Below, piece after piece: positions 1 to 12,498 of a stretch of DNA of 64,000 nt. The translations under genes and the position numbers were made by a program. This stretch comes from Octopus vulgaris (lineage: Eukaryota): the NCBI GenBank assembly GCA_951406725.2, contig OX597826.1, forward strand, positions 56,420,001 to 56,484,000, given 5' to 3'. Below the pieces are notes generated by a model. That model had not been told where the DNA came from, made no database searches, and saw only the letters and a program-made list of their open reading frames with translations. Position 1 is the stretch's first letter, and each line of letters begins with the position of its first letter.

Positions 1-200
1 TTTAACCTATAAGCCATATAAGGCAGGTATAAATGAGACATTAACAAGGATGTCCCACGGCCTCTTCAGAGAATTTAATTTATTATAAGTGTGAAAAAAT
101 TTTTTTTAACATTTATGTATTAGTCTTGTTGGGTACCTCTCTAGCAGTATATTGGATATATGTTATCCCATGGTGGGATGAATTTTCAACCCCTATCTCA

Positions 201-268
<68 letters not shown>

Positions 269-272
<4 letters not shown>

Positions 273-512
273 GTTGGTGCATAATTATTGCAGCTTTTTT
301 TAACAAAAAAAAAAACAATAACAACATGTAACAAAAACATCTTTAAATTATTATTCCGGAGCATATTCACCATCTACTTCAATTACTGCTTCCCATTTGC
401 TTGGCAGACGGTCAGACTGTCATTTAAAGAAGTCTTTGTTAAATATTGTTATTGTTTTTTTGTTGAATAAAATTTGTTGAAAACAAGCTGCAATAATTAT
501 GCACCAACCTAA
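269..512 (-). mobile_element. Internally deleted mariner element (MITE-like)
   Basis: TIRs ttgggttggtgcataattattgcagc / gctgcaataattatgcaccaacctaa flanked by TA, resembling Hsmar1/MADE1-type ends. Interior minus strand reads LPSKWEAVIEVDGEYAPE*, like a mariner transposase C-terminus. Confidence 0.85.
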
Positions 513-539
513 TATATAGATATAGATATAGATACTTAT

Positions 540-890
540 TTTATTCGACAGAAGACGGTAAGCAGGCGGAATCTTTTGCAAGTCAGACGAAAATGTTTGG
601 ACTCTCCTGTCGACGACGTATGAAAGTTCAGCTTTTGCCGAACGACCTACAAACAAATGATTTGTTTATAGTGGTCAAACGTCCGTGCCGTACATTAGCT
701 CCACTCTCTCAAATCGACGTTGTTTGATCTGGTGTACTGTGTACCACGTATCAAGCGTCGAAGTAGCGGCAGCGCAACGCGAAATGAAGGGCTTTGCTCA
801 AGAACACAACGTTACCACCCGGTCTTGGAATTGAAACCGTAATATCGCGATCGCGAGTCCGACACCTGAACCTCTAGGCCATTCGCCCTC
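540..890 (-). mobile_element. tRNA-derived SINE, CpG-rich copy
   Basis: Minus-strand tRNA-like head (tggcctagaggttcagg...gtttcaattcc) followed by gttgtgttcttgagcaaagcccttcatttc, shared with copies at about 5900, 6370 and 9010. The 3' boundary is approximate. Confidence 0.6.
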
Positions 891-1034
891 ACACACACAC
901 ACACGCACACATATATCTATGCGTGCATGTATGTATATATGTGTATATATAAATATATATGTGTGTGTGTGTATGTGTACACAATACCCATATACATACA
1001 CACACATACATCTATGTGTGTGTATGTATATATA

Positions 1035-1075
<41 letters not shown>

Positions 1076-1490
1076 GCACAGACATAAATATGTATATATG
1101 TACGGGCATATATATATGAGTATGTGTATGTATGTATTTCTTGTATGTACGTATGTATGCATGTATGTACGTGTATATATATGTATGCATATATGCATGT
1201 ATGTATCATATATGCATGTATGTATGCATGTATTATGTATATGAATGTGTGAATATATGTATGTATTTTATGTATGTATGTATGCATGTATGTATGTATG
1301 TGTGTATCTACGTATGTATATATACATGTGTGCACGTATATATGTATGTATGCATATATGTATGTATATGTATGCATATGTGCATGTATGTATGTATATG
1401 AGTATGTATATCAGTATGTGTATGTATGTATGTATGTATACATGCATGCATGTGTGTATGTATGTATATGTGTAAATACTTATATGTATA
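891..1490. repeat. Compound (CA)/(TA)/(TATG) microsatellite, representative of dozens in the window
   Basis: Direct inspection. Similar tracts at about 4070-4350, 8150-8620, 16500-16830, 22245-22590, 27055-27500, 31740-32210, 44040-44580 and 50150-51390. Confidence 0.95.
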
Positions 1491-1776
1491 GTGTTATATT
1501 CCCTCCACCCTATATTCTATTCTACCCCAATTATTGCATTCACGAGAAGAAAAACCAAGGCCACCACCAACAAAACAACCAAAAGGAAAGGGTTACTCCC
1601 TTTTTTGATTGGTTTTTCAAATATTTATTTTATTTATTTTTGTTTCAAATATTTATTTAATTTTTTACTTTTCCTCTTATTTTCTTTATTTGTTGTTGAT
1701 TCACTTTTTCTCTTATTTTTTAAAACCTATTTTCACTTTTTTCTCAGATTTTCTATATTTTCTGCAGATATCGTTA

Positions 1777-2559
1777 CGGCGGTAAGCTGGCAGAATCGTT
1801 AAGCACGCTGGGCGAAATGGTTACCGATATTTCATTCGTCTTCACATTCTGAGTTCAAATTCCACCGAGGTCGATTTTACCTTTTTATCCTTTCGGTGTC
1901 GATAAAACAGGTATCGGTGAAATACTAAGATCGATTTAATCGACTAATGCCCTACCCCAAAAGTTCGAGCCTTGTATCTATAGTAGAAAGGATTATTAAT
2001 ATCATTATTTAAGCAAAATGCTGACCGATATTTTTTGAGTCTTTACTTTCTCAGTTCACATTCCACCTCGATCGACTTTGCCTTTCATACTTAACAGGAT
2101 CGATGAAATAGGCAGTAGTCATGTCCTTGGATCAACTTACCCCTCCTCTCAAAAACTGCACTCTGTTCCAAAATTTCTGACCACTGTTATAGAGACAGAA
2201 AGCTGGCAGAATCGTTAGCAGGCCAGATAAAATGCTTAGAGGCATTTGTCCGTCTTTACGTTCTGAGTTCAAATTCCACCGAGGTCGATTTTGCCTTTCA
2301 TCTTTTTAGGGCACTATAAATTAAGTGCCAGTCAAACACCGAGATCGATGTAATCTGGTAGTCCCCTCCCCAAAAATTTCAGGCCTTGTGCCTTTAGTAG
2401 AAAGGAATATTATTATCATTAAGACGGCGAAGTTGACTTAGCCGCTCATCCTTTCGGGGTCGATAATATAAGTACCATTTGAGCATGAGCACTAGGTCCA
2501 ATGTAATTAATTATCCCCCTCTTCCAAAATTTCAGGTCACGCGTCTATAGCAGAAAAGC

Positions 2560-2565
<6 letters not shown>
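1777..2565 (+). mobile_element. Tandem cluster of about 4 diverged copies of a tRNA-derived SINE (here family M)
   Basis: Repeated gctggcagaatcgttag...gttctgagttcaaattccaccgaggtcga...cctttcatcctttcggggtcgataaa modules with A/B-box-like head. Further partial copies at 2843-3020 and 3900-4012. Confidence 0.85.
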
Positions 2566-2632
<67 letters not shown>

Positions 2633-2634
2633 CA

Positions 2635-2731
2635 TTCAGTAGTTTTATATTTATAGAGAGCTTTCATTTCACTAACGTGGTATGTGCTGTGGTTTGTTGT
2701 GATGCTCTTTATGGTTACAATATTGAAAGTG
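2635..2731 (-). mobile_element. Degenerate 3' end of R4/Dong-like LINE embedded in (TAT)n
   Basis: Aligns by eye to 56514-56631 (ttcagtagtttta...tatgtgctgtg...ggttac...gaaagtgtt) and is flanked by TAT arrays. Confidence 0.75.
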
Positions 2732-2765
2732 TTGTTGTTGTTGTTATTATTAATTATTATTATTA

Positions 2766-2842
<77 letters not shown>

Positions 2843-3444
2843 GGCAGCGAGCTGGCAACATTCGTTAACGCGTGGGACAAAATACTTAGCATCATTTTTA
2901 TAGGCTCTTTATGTTTTGAGTTCAAATTCCGTCACGATCGACTTTGCCCTTGATCGTTTCGGGGGTCTAAACCCCTTCACTCAAAATTGTGGGCTTTGTA
3001 TCAAAATCGGAAGCCATTATTTGGGCCCATAACTCTAAATCTGCTGAATGCAGATTTCAAGATTTTAGCGGGGTTTGCACTAAAACCTCTCTAAAAGTCA
3101 TCCGTCACCAGCGAAGTAGTATGGCTTCGTAACATGAACCATGCTTTTGCTAATTGTTTTAGGTACATATGTAGTTTCAAGTAGGCAGAGACACCCTCTC
3201 GACTCTCCCACTCTTTGACCCAGCACAACATCCCGTATGTGAAAGCAAGAAGGAGAGAAAGCTTCACGAATATTCGGCTGGTAATCATTTTCTGCAGAGT
3301 AGACAAGAGAAGTATAAAATGAAGTAACTTGTGTGAGGACACAACACGTCACCCGGTCAAGGGCTTGAACACATGACATAGCGATCATAAGCCGAACATC
3401 TTAACTCCTTGGCCAGGCGCCTTCCCGGTAGCCTGACTGGTGAT

Positions 3445-3630
3445 GCATAAATATACGCCCTCCATCCCTATGTGATACATCATAGAAAGGGTGGGGTAAG
3501 TAACATTGCATGGGTAAGCCTTTGACCAATTTAAAACAATTGAAAAACTACGATAAGGTTGACTACCTGTACTTAGCAGTAGTCCTCACAGCGGCCGCTT
3601 TCGGTCCATTCATCGGCAGCTGGATCGTGG
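3445..3630 (+). pseudogene. Tx1/L1-clade reverse transcriptase fragment
   Basis: From 3549 reads YDKVDYLYLAVVLTAAAFGPFIGSWIV, resembling the KAFDRVDHxYLxxVLxxxGFGPxFxxWI motif. Upstream remnant YIIERVG with stops. Confidence 0.7.
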
Positions 3631-4457
3631 TTTTCTGTGGTTTCCACACGAATTAACCTCGGAGACCTCCCTCTTTTGGAGGGAGATTTCCTTTGAACAT
3701 TTTGTTTGTTGTTTCTTTTTAGCGGAGTTGTTTTGTTTTTGCTCTTGCCATTTCCTTTGCTTATATGTTTTTTTTTTTTAATGTAATCCCGCTCTGTATC
3801 GTCCTCTATGTTTTTGGTGGTACTTCTAGTTTATAAAGAAAGTATTATCGTTATTTTTGGTGCTGCTGTCGAAGTTGCAGTTGTCCTTGTTGACGGAGAG
3901 TACAGGTTCGAAAAATAAAGTACCAGTCAAGTACTGGGGTCAATGAAATCGACAAAATCCCCCCACCCACCCACCTCTAAAATTACTAGACTTGTGCCAA
4001 AATGTGAAATCATACTTGTATCATATTTTTCTGTTCGTAAAATACTGTTATCGCATGTACGTATGTCTGTATTTATGTACGCATGTATGTACATATAAGT
4101 ATGTATATATCTATGTGTGTGTGTGTATATATACATAAATATACATATATGCGCGTGTGTGTATACATATATATACATACATACATACATACATACATAC
4201 ATACATACATACATGCGTGTGTGTGTACGTGCGTATGAATGAATGTATATGGGATGTATGAATGAATGTGTGGTGTGTGTGTGTGTGCGTGTGTGTGGTG
4301 TGTGTGTGTGTAGGTGTACGCATGTATGTAGGCATGTGGGTATATATATGTTTGTTTTATCTAGTAGCTATATTGATGGTTGAATGTCATGGACAGTTTC
4401 ACTCCCTTATCAACAACAAGGCCAAACCTAACAATAACTACTACCACTACTACTACG

Positions 4458-4495
<38 letters not shown>

Positions 4496-5660
4496 ATACA
4501 CACACACGCAACAACATCAACGTTGTCCTTCAGTTGAACGTTTATAAACACTATGAAAACAGTTACAACATTGTTTGTTGATTTAAGCATCAAATAGATT
4601 GCCAGAACCCAGCCACTTCTGCCTCCTCCTCGTTCTCTTCCTCTGAGTGTTTGGCAAACGTGGAAGAGGCTAACCAATGTTTGTTATTGTTTTTACTATT
4701 ACCATTGCTCCTGGTGTCTCTCTTTCTCTCTCCCTCTCTCTCATTCCCTTTCTTCCGACTATCTATCTGTCTGTATGTCTGTCTGTCAGTCTATCTCTTT
4801 ATCTATCTCTGTCTGACTCAAACGATTGTAAATAGCTATTTATGAGTGTATGTGTGCGTGTCAATGCTGGGGCTGAATGTGTATGCATGCGTATATTTTG
4901 ATGAGTGTGCATGTTTATTTGTGTGTGAGAAAATACATACATACATGCATCACACTCACACATACACACACACAACGTCTACTTTTCCATGCTGGCATGC
5001 GTCAGGAGAGAACGTATAAAAGCACAGTGTTCTAATGCTGGATGCCCTTCCTGTTGCTGAATCCCCACTTATTTCAAAGTGAGATAATAATCTCCCAATA
5101 TGTCAAACTACAAACGGACATGTTTATGCAGGGAACATGAAACAAAGACTCCTTAAGGAACCGTTTTTTTAACAAATATTCGAGCAACATGGCAAGAAGC
5201 TCAGATGTGCTTCAATGATGGACTGGAAGCAAATGACATTATTAGCGAAGCCATTATTTACTATCGATGGACGAACACCTTTGGGAGAGGAAAATACAAA
5301 CTCATCCATACAAATATAAAAACACACACAGAGATACATATGTCCATACATATAGATATATGAATGCCTCCGCGTGTGTATGTGTGTGTATTTTCTGTGT
5401 GTGTAATGGACAAAGACTCCCTTCGGTGATGAATGACCATGGGATTGCACCAAAAAAGTTATATGTTTGCACGTGTACTTTTGTGTCTGTGTGTATATGT
5501 GCACGTGCACGTCTGTGTATGTATGTGTATGTGTACATGTATATGTATATGTGTGTGTGATCATATTGATGTTTACAGTCCAAAAATGTTGTGTAGTATA
5601 GGTTAGTGGCCATTTTATGTCCTGCAACTTGGAGGTTCGTCAAGCAGGTAAGGAAAACAT

Positions 5661-6000
5661 GTGTAATGGATAAAGACCCCCTTCGGTGATGAATGACCAT
5701 GGGATTGCACCAAGAAAGTTACCCTCCGAGGCACAAATCCGGGGCGAGGTTGTTTATGGAAGACCAGCAGTCACCCATGCATACCAGCCTCTCCTCTCCA
5801 CGCCACCAGTGTTATCCAAAGGAAAGGCAAAGGGGCCGATACAGCTTGGCACCAGTGACGTATCAACTCATTTCTACAGCTGAGTGAACTGGAGCAACGT
5901 GAAATAAAGTGTCTTGCTGAAGAACACAACACGCAGCCCGGTCCGAGAATCGAACTCACGACCTCATGACCCGCCGCTCTAAACACTGAACCATGCGTCA
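5661..6000 (-). mobile_element. tRNA-derived SINE with CORE-like centre and GC-rich tail
   Basis: Minus-strand head with gagttcgattctc B box. A closely similar headless copy lies in opposite orientation at 8996-9270. Confidence 0.85.
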
Positions 6001-6184
6001 TTTTGTGTATTATGTAGTCAAATATTATATCCTTGGTTATGGCATATAACTGGTCAGAAAGTTACCATCGGTTTCACATCTACTATCGCACCTCGCAATG
6101 TAGGCAACTCATCAGAGATGCTGCCCAGATCTGATCGGTTATATGCTATAACTAAAGATATGCAACTCGACTACATGAAATATC

Positions 6185-6475
6185 ACGTGATCACATGATC
6201 GACTAGACTATACATCACTGGTCACAATGCGTTTTGCATCGTTTTAGCCTTCAAATGATGCCACCTCGTGGCTAAATGAGCAGGCCAACATTCCCCCCAC
6301 CACATCCGAAGGCTAGCCCACCACAAGATTATTCATTCATAACAGAGTGGACCAGAGCAACGGGAAATGAAGTTCTTGCTCAAAGACACAATGTGCAGTT
6401 AGTATGGGAATCGAAAGCGTAATCTCACGATCCTGACTGCAACGTGCGTAACCACTAGACTACGCGCCTTCACGC
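6185..6475 (-). mobile_element. tRNA-derived SINE (tail aaggctaaaacgatgcaaaacgcattgtgaccag)
   Basis: Head at 6400-6475. Tail shared with 35410-35645 and 37927-38200. Confidence 0.7.
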
Positions 6476-7302
6476 ATAAAGTATAACGCTCAAAATTTAA
6501 AGTGTTTTTTCTGACTTATAGACAACTGATTAGTGTGTGTGTGCGTGTGTGTGTTTGCGTGCGTGCCTGTGTGTGTGTATGTATGTATGTATGTATGTAT
6601 GTATGTATGTATGTATGTATGTATGTATACATGTTCAGTCATTGCTATTTGTGGTTTATAGGTTTAATGTCTATTTTTTTGTCTCTGAAATAAACTGCTT
6701 AATTGCACGAAAGTCGAGATGTTCTCACACACTTAGCCAGATGTTTCCACCTAACCAACCCACTAACATGAAACTAAATCCTGCATATACAGTTAAGGTG
6801 TTTTATTAAATTAATGACAGTCATGATTTTGGTGTGGTTTACAGTTTAAGTACTCTTCTACTATTCTTTTCCCCTTACCAGTTTGTAATATAGACTGGAA
6901 GTTTTTTTACTGTACCACCAGCATAACAAAGGTTTTTCAGGTCTTAAGTGTTCCCTCTACACTGTGTGAGCATTTTGAATTTTTTTCAGAGTTACTGCTT
7001 TCTTTGATAAGTTGCCTTCACTGCAGTCCCATGTAGAGTTTCATGTGAACTGCAATGCTGTTAAAGGTTTTCAGTGTATCCTGCATAAAATTGCCATCGT
7101 AGATCCCTCTATGTAGAGACTGGCAGATGGGAATGATTGGTGGAGATGGGAATGTGAAAAGAAAAAAAGAAAGAGACATGCAAGAGAGAGGGCATACGAG
7201 AGATGACAGAGAGATAGAATGTGTTTATCAAAGGCAGGGAGAAGGGGAATGAGATGAGATGAGGGGGGAAAAAGATGAGTCACATAAGAGCGAGGTTAGA
7301 GA

Positions 7303-7906
7303 GGTATATAGGTAGAAGAGAAGGATTATTTAAAGATAGCTTGAGAATGATATTCACCTATGGTCTATAAGAGGATGAGTTCAGCTAATAATACATCTAC
7401 TGGGGCTCTAAGAATAAACAAGGGACCTACTACTATCTGCTGCACCCAATACCTAAAAATCTGCACTGTCTCTTTTAATTCTAAAGGGAAAAACCTTTCC
7501 CAGGAAAGTTTTGTTCAGCCTAGCTAAATTTCTCTTGTGGGTCACTATAGTGCTATGTAAATCAGTAGCCAGAAGAGCGTATTATGATAAACTTTATGTA
7601 AATTGGTATATAGGTAGAAGAGAAGGATTATTTAAAGATAGCTTGAGAATGAGATTCACCTATGGTCTATAAGAGGATGAGTTCAGCTAATAATACATCT
7701 ACTGGGGCTCTAAGAACAAACAAGGGGCCTACTACTATCTGCTGCACCCAATACCTAAAAATCTGCACTGTCTCTTTTAATTCTAAAGGGAAAAACCTTT
7801 CCCAGGAAAGTTTTGTTCAGCCTAGCTAAATTTCTCTTGTGGGTCACTATAGTGCTATGTAAATCAGTAGCCAGAAGAGCGTATTATGATAAACTTTATG
7901 TAAATT
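7303..7906. repeat. 302-bp tandem duplication (2 copies)
   Basis: 7303-7604 and 7605-7906 are collinear with about 3 substitutions. Confidence 0.95.
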
Positions 7907-8995
7907 GACGGTTTGCCTGATGCACTTAAAAGAGCACAGGTACCATTTTTGCTCTTGGCCAAATATTTGCATATATCCTAATTACATATTAGCAGCGGTT
8001 GTTCATAAATAAAACAGTAAAATAGCAATAATGTTTAGGTTTCATCGAATTCATGTTTTGTTTTCAGAGCCAAACAATAACTCAAAATGGCAGGCTGTTG
8101 CTTTGTTAAGGACATGCAAGTAAACAACACCGTGAAAGAAAGCACGTGCACACACATATAATGTGTGTGTGTGTGTGTGTGCTTGTGTGTGCGTGTATGT
8201 GCGTGTGTGTGCTTTTGTGTGCGTGTGTGTGCTTTTGTGTGTGTGTGTGTGTGTGTATGTGTGCACGTGTACACTTATGTGCGTGTGTGCGTTTATGTGC
8301 GTGTGCGTGTGTGTGTGCTTTTGTGTGAGTGTGTGTGTATGTGTGCACGTGTACATTTATGTGCATGTGTACGTTTATGTGTGTGTGCGTGTGTGCTTGT
8401 GTGTGTGTGAGTATATGTGTGCACGTGTACATTTGTGGGTGCATATGTACGTTTATGTGCGTGTGCGTGTGTGCATGTGTGTGTGTGCGTGTGTGTTTGT
8501 GTATGTGTGGGGATATGTGTGCACGTGTAATTTTGTGTCTGTGTGTATGTGTGCACGTGCACGTTTGTGTATGTATGTGTATGTGTACATGTATATATAT
8601 ATGTGTGTATGTGTGTGTGTGATCATATTGATGTTTACAGTCCAAAAATGTTGTGTAGTATAGGTTAGTGGCCATTTTATGTCCTACAACTTAGAGGTTC
8701 GTCAAGCAGGTAAGGAAAACATAATAACAGTCTGAAAAATTATAAACATGTTTGATAAAATCACAGAGATGCTTTAAGCAGTGCTCCAGCATGGGCGTAA
8801 GTTCAATAATTGAAGACGGTAATAGAGCAGAAGAAAAAATTACACACACACACATGCATGTATAATCCACGTATGCATATGCGTGTGTGTATACACACAC
8901 ACACGCGCGCGCACACGTATATATATATATATATATATATATGAGCAAAATGACTTTATTTCACTTTGCTCCAGTTAACTTAGCATAACAAACAC

Positions 8996-9270
8996 GGACC
9001 GGGATGCGTGTTGTGTTCTTCAGCAAGACACTTTATTTCACGTTGCTCCAGTTCACTCAGCTGTAGAAATGAATTGATTCGTCACTGGTGCCAAGCTGTA
9101 TCGGCCCCTTTGCCTTTCCCTTGAATAACATCGGTGGCGTGGAGAGAGGAGGTTGGTATGCATGGGGGACTGCTGGCCTTCCACAAACAACCTTTCGCGG
9201 ACTTATGCCTCGGAGGGTAACTTTCTAGGTGCAATCCCATTGGTCATTTACGACCGAAGGCGGTTTCTTC
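8996..9270 (+). mobile_element. 5'-truncated copy of the SINE at 5661-6000
   Basis: Reverse-complement match to about 5675-5945. Confidence 0.85.
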
Positions 9271-9296
9271 CTCTAAATATATTATGGTTATGATAC

Positions 9297-9616
9297 CCGT
9301 GCCGGTGGCACGTAAAATGCATCATCCGAACGTGGCTGATGCCAGCGCCGCCTGACTAGCATCCGTGTCGGTGACACATAAAAAGCACCAACTGATCATG
9401 GCCATTTGCTAGCCTCCTCTGGCCCCTGTGCCGGTGGCACGTAAAAAGCACCCACTACACTCACGGAGTGGTTGGCGTTAGGAAGGGCATCCAGCTGTAG
9501 AAACACTGCCAGATCAGACTGGAGCCTGATGCAGCCTCCTGGCTTCCCAGACCCCGGTCGAACAGTCCAACTGATGTTAACATGGAAAACGGACGTTAAA
9601 CAATGATGACGATGAT
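9297..9616 (+). mobile_element. Short retroposon with (GAT)n tail (here family R)
   Basis: ggttggcgttaggaagggcatccagctgtagaaac...ggacgttaaa(c)gatgatg. Other copies at 14030-14225(-), 20166-20333(+), 32210-32320(+), 32653-33445(-), 35892-36060(-), 40625-40790(-), 42530-42785(-) and 45128-45410(-). Confidence 0.85.
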
Positions 9617-9647
9617 GTATATATGTGTGTGTGTGTATGTACATATG

Positions 9648-9727
<80 letters not shown>

Positions 9728-10612
9728 AATATATATGTATACACAAGTGTATATACATATATATTGTGTGTGCAAACACACATGCATGCAGGGCACAACA
9801 TAACAACAGTCATCAACACCTCAACCATGACCATTAAAATCATTATCATCAACATCGAGATAAATCATCGTTGTCGACATCATCATCATCAGCAGCAGCA
9901 GCAGCAGCAATGGCAACAACAGCAGTGCAATCACCATTATTGCCATCATCATCATCATCAGCATCATCATCATCATCGTCAGCATCACCATTACAAATAC
10001 AAACACTGCTGTACCCACCAACCACCACCTCCACCACCACCACCACCACCACCTCCTCCACCATCTCCACCATCGTCCTCATCATTATATCATAACTATT
10101 ATCTCACTTTTTTCACCCATCAGCCCTTCTGTGTTATAGCTAATGACATTGTTATTGTGGCTCAATGTTTAAACAGAATTGTTGTGTATTATTGCTGACG
10201 TTGTCGTTGCTGTTGTTGCTGACGCTGTTGTTGTTGTTGATGTTACTGCTGTTGTACCATTCTAGTGATGTACGAAGCATTTACAGTTCGGAAACAAAAG
10301 CTATGTTCTGATTGTGGGCGGGAAACAGGAAAGCATTCGACAGATTCCCACTTGCCAAACCAGTATTGCAGGCGCCCTGGGTATACTGTGTGTACATAGG
10401 CATATATATATATATATATATATATTTGTGTATGTATGTATGTGTGTATGTGTGTGTGTGTATATATATGTGTATACATTCAACTCATGCATAAAAGTAT
10501 ATATGGTGCGTGTAGCCACACATCTGTATGCTTATGACCATATATATATTGATGACCTAAGCAATATCCTTGTCTATTGATTTGATTTTTGTGTGTGTAT
10601 GTGCATGTGTGA

Positions 10613-10658
<46 letters not shown>

Positions 10659-11045
10659 TCACATATAAGTATATGTATATATGTATATATACACATATAT
10701 ATTTATAGATTTAGATGCACACATGCATGCATATATATATGCATGGAGTGTGTATATGCATATATATATATATGGAGAGTGTGTATGTGTGTGTGGCATG
10801 GTAAGGTATGGTATATATATGTGTATACCTTTGAGTTTATTTACCATTTTATTCAGGTCAAGGATAGAGAAGTATTGAACTGTACTGTTTTAATGATCCG
10901 AATCAATGTTTACAACCTATATCTTTTATCATTGACTATCACTGACCATACACACACACAGAGCCATTATGGACTATCTATATACAATCACTAGGCTCTA
11001 TATAGACAAGACTATCATAAATTATACACACAGCAGTCATGGATA

Positions 11046-11372
11046 ATATCTATCTATCTATCGATCTATCTATCTACCTACCCATTTATCTATCTATCTA
11101 TCTACCTATCTACCCATCTTTCACTATCTATCAATCTATCCATCTCTCTATCTACCTACCTATATCTCTATCTATCTACCAACCCATCTATATATCTATC
11201 TACCTACCTACCTATCTATCTACCTACCTATCTACCTATCTATCTATCTACCTACCAACCCATCTATCTATCTATCTATCTATCTACCCATCTATCTATC
11301 TATCTACCTACCCACCTACCTACCTACCTATCTATCTATCTGTCTGTCTGCCGATCTATCTATCTAGCTAGC
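11046..11372. repeat. (CTAT)/(CTAC) tetranucleotide microsatellite
   Basis: Direct inspection. Confidence 0.95.
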
Positions 11373-11513
11373 TATATATAATATATATATACCTGATTTG
11401 CTGTCAATGTTGATTTCATTAACATTCATCTTTATACAACATCACCATCATCATCACCATCATCATCATTACCATCATTATTTCACGTCCATTCTCCATC
11501 CTTGCATGGGTTA

Positions 11514-11945
11514 GACAGTTTAATGGGAGCTGGTGTCTCAGGCCCCAATGTCTGCTTTGGCATGGGTCCTAGGGTTGGAAGCCCTTCGTAATTTTTTATA
11601 CATTTTGCATGTTCCAGTAGCATTCATGACTGACCAAGTACATAGAGAATATTTAAACATAAACAAATATTTCTTCAAAATAGTTTTTATACCTGAGTCA
11701 TAAGAAAGGCACCTTTCACCATCTTTTGGACAGTTCAATGGGAGCTAGTGTCTCGGGCCCCAATGTCTGCTTTGGCACGGGTCCTAGGGTTGGATGCCCT
11801 TCGTAATGTTTTATACATTTTGCATGTTCCAGTAGCATCCATGACTGACCAAGTACATAGAGAATATTTAAACATAAACAAATATTTCTTCAAAATAGTT
11901 TTTATACCTGAATCAGAAGAAAGACATCCTTCATCCTCTTTTGGA
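11514..11945. repeat. 215-bp tandem duplication (2 copies)
   Basis: Units start gacagtt at 11514 and 11729. About 14 substitutions, no indels seen. Confidence 0.95.
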
Positions 11946-12116
11946 TGATCATGGACAGAATGATACAAAAAAAAATAGTAAAGTTACTTTCTTGAGATTT
12001 CCTGGCTCATGAGGGCCAGTTTCCTGGCTTCATGGCATATTCATTCCACACTGGATGGGATGGCAGTCCATTGCAGGATTACTCATTTTTGAGTAATCCT
12101 GCAATGAGTAATCTTC

Positions 12117-12196
<80 letters not shown>

Positions 12197-12423
12197 ATAT
12201 ATGTGTGTGTGTCTGTGTTTATCCCACCACCATTCCTTTACAACTGATGCTGGTGTGTTTCCATCCCTGTAACTTAGCAGTTCGGCAAAAGAGACCGACA
12301 GAATAAGTACTAGGCTTACAAAGAATAAAGTCTTGGGGTCGATTTGTTCAACTAAAAAGGTGGTGCTCCAGCACGGCCACAGTCAAACGACTGAAACAAG
12401 TAAAAGAATAAAAGAATAAAAGA

Positions 12424-12498
<75 letters not shown>

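Noticed and set aside
798-1660. Many overlapping YI/CV/HT/MYV-rich ORFs here and throughout the window
   Set aside because: Translations of TA/CA/TATG microsatellites, open in several frames on both strands.
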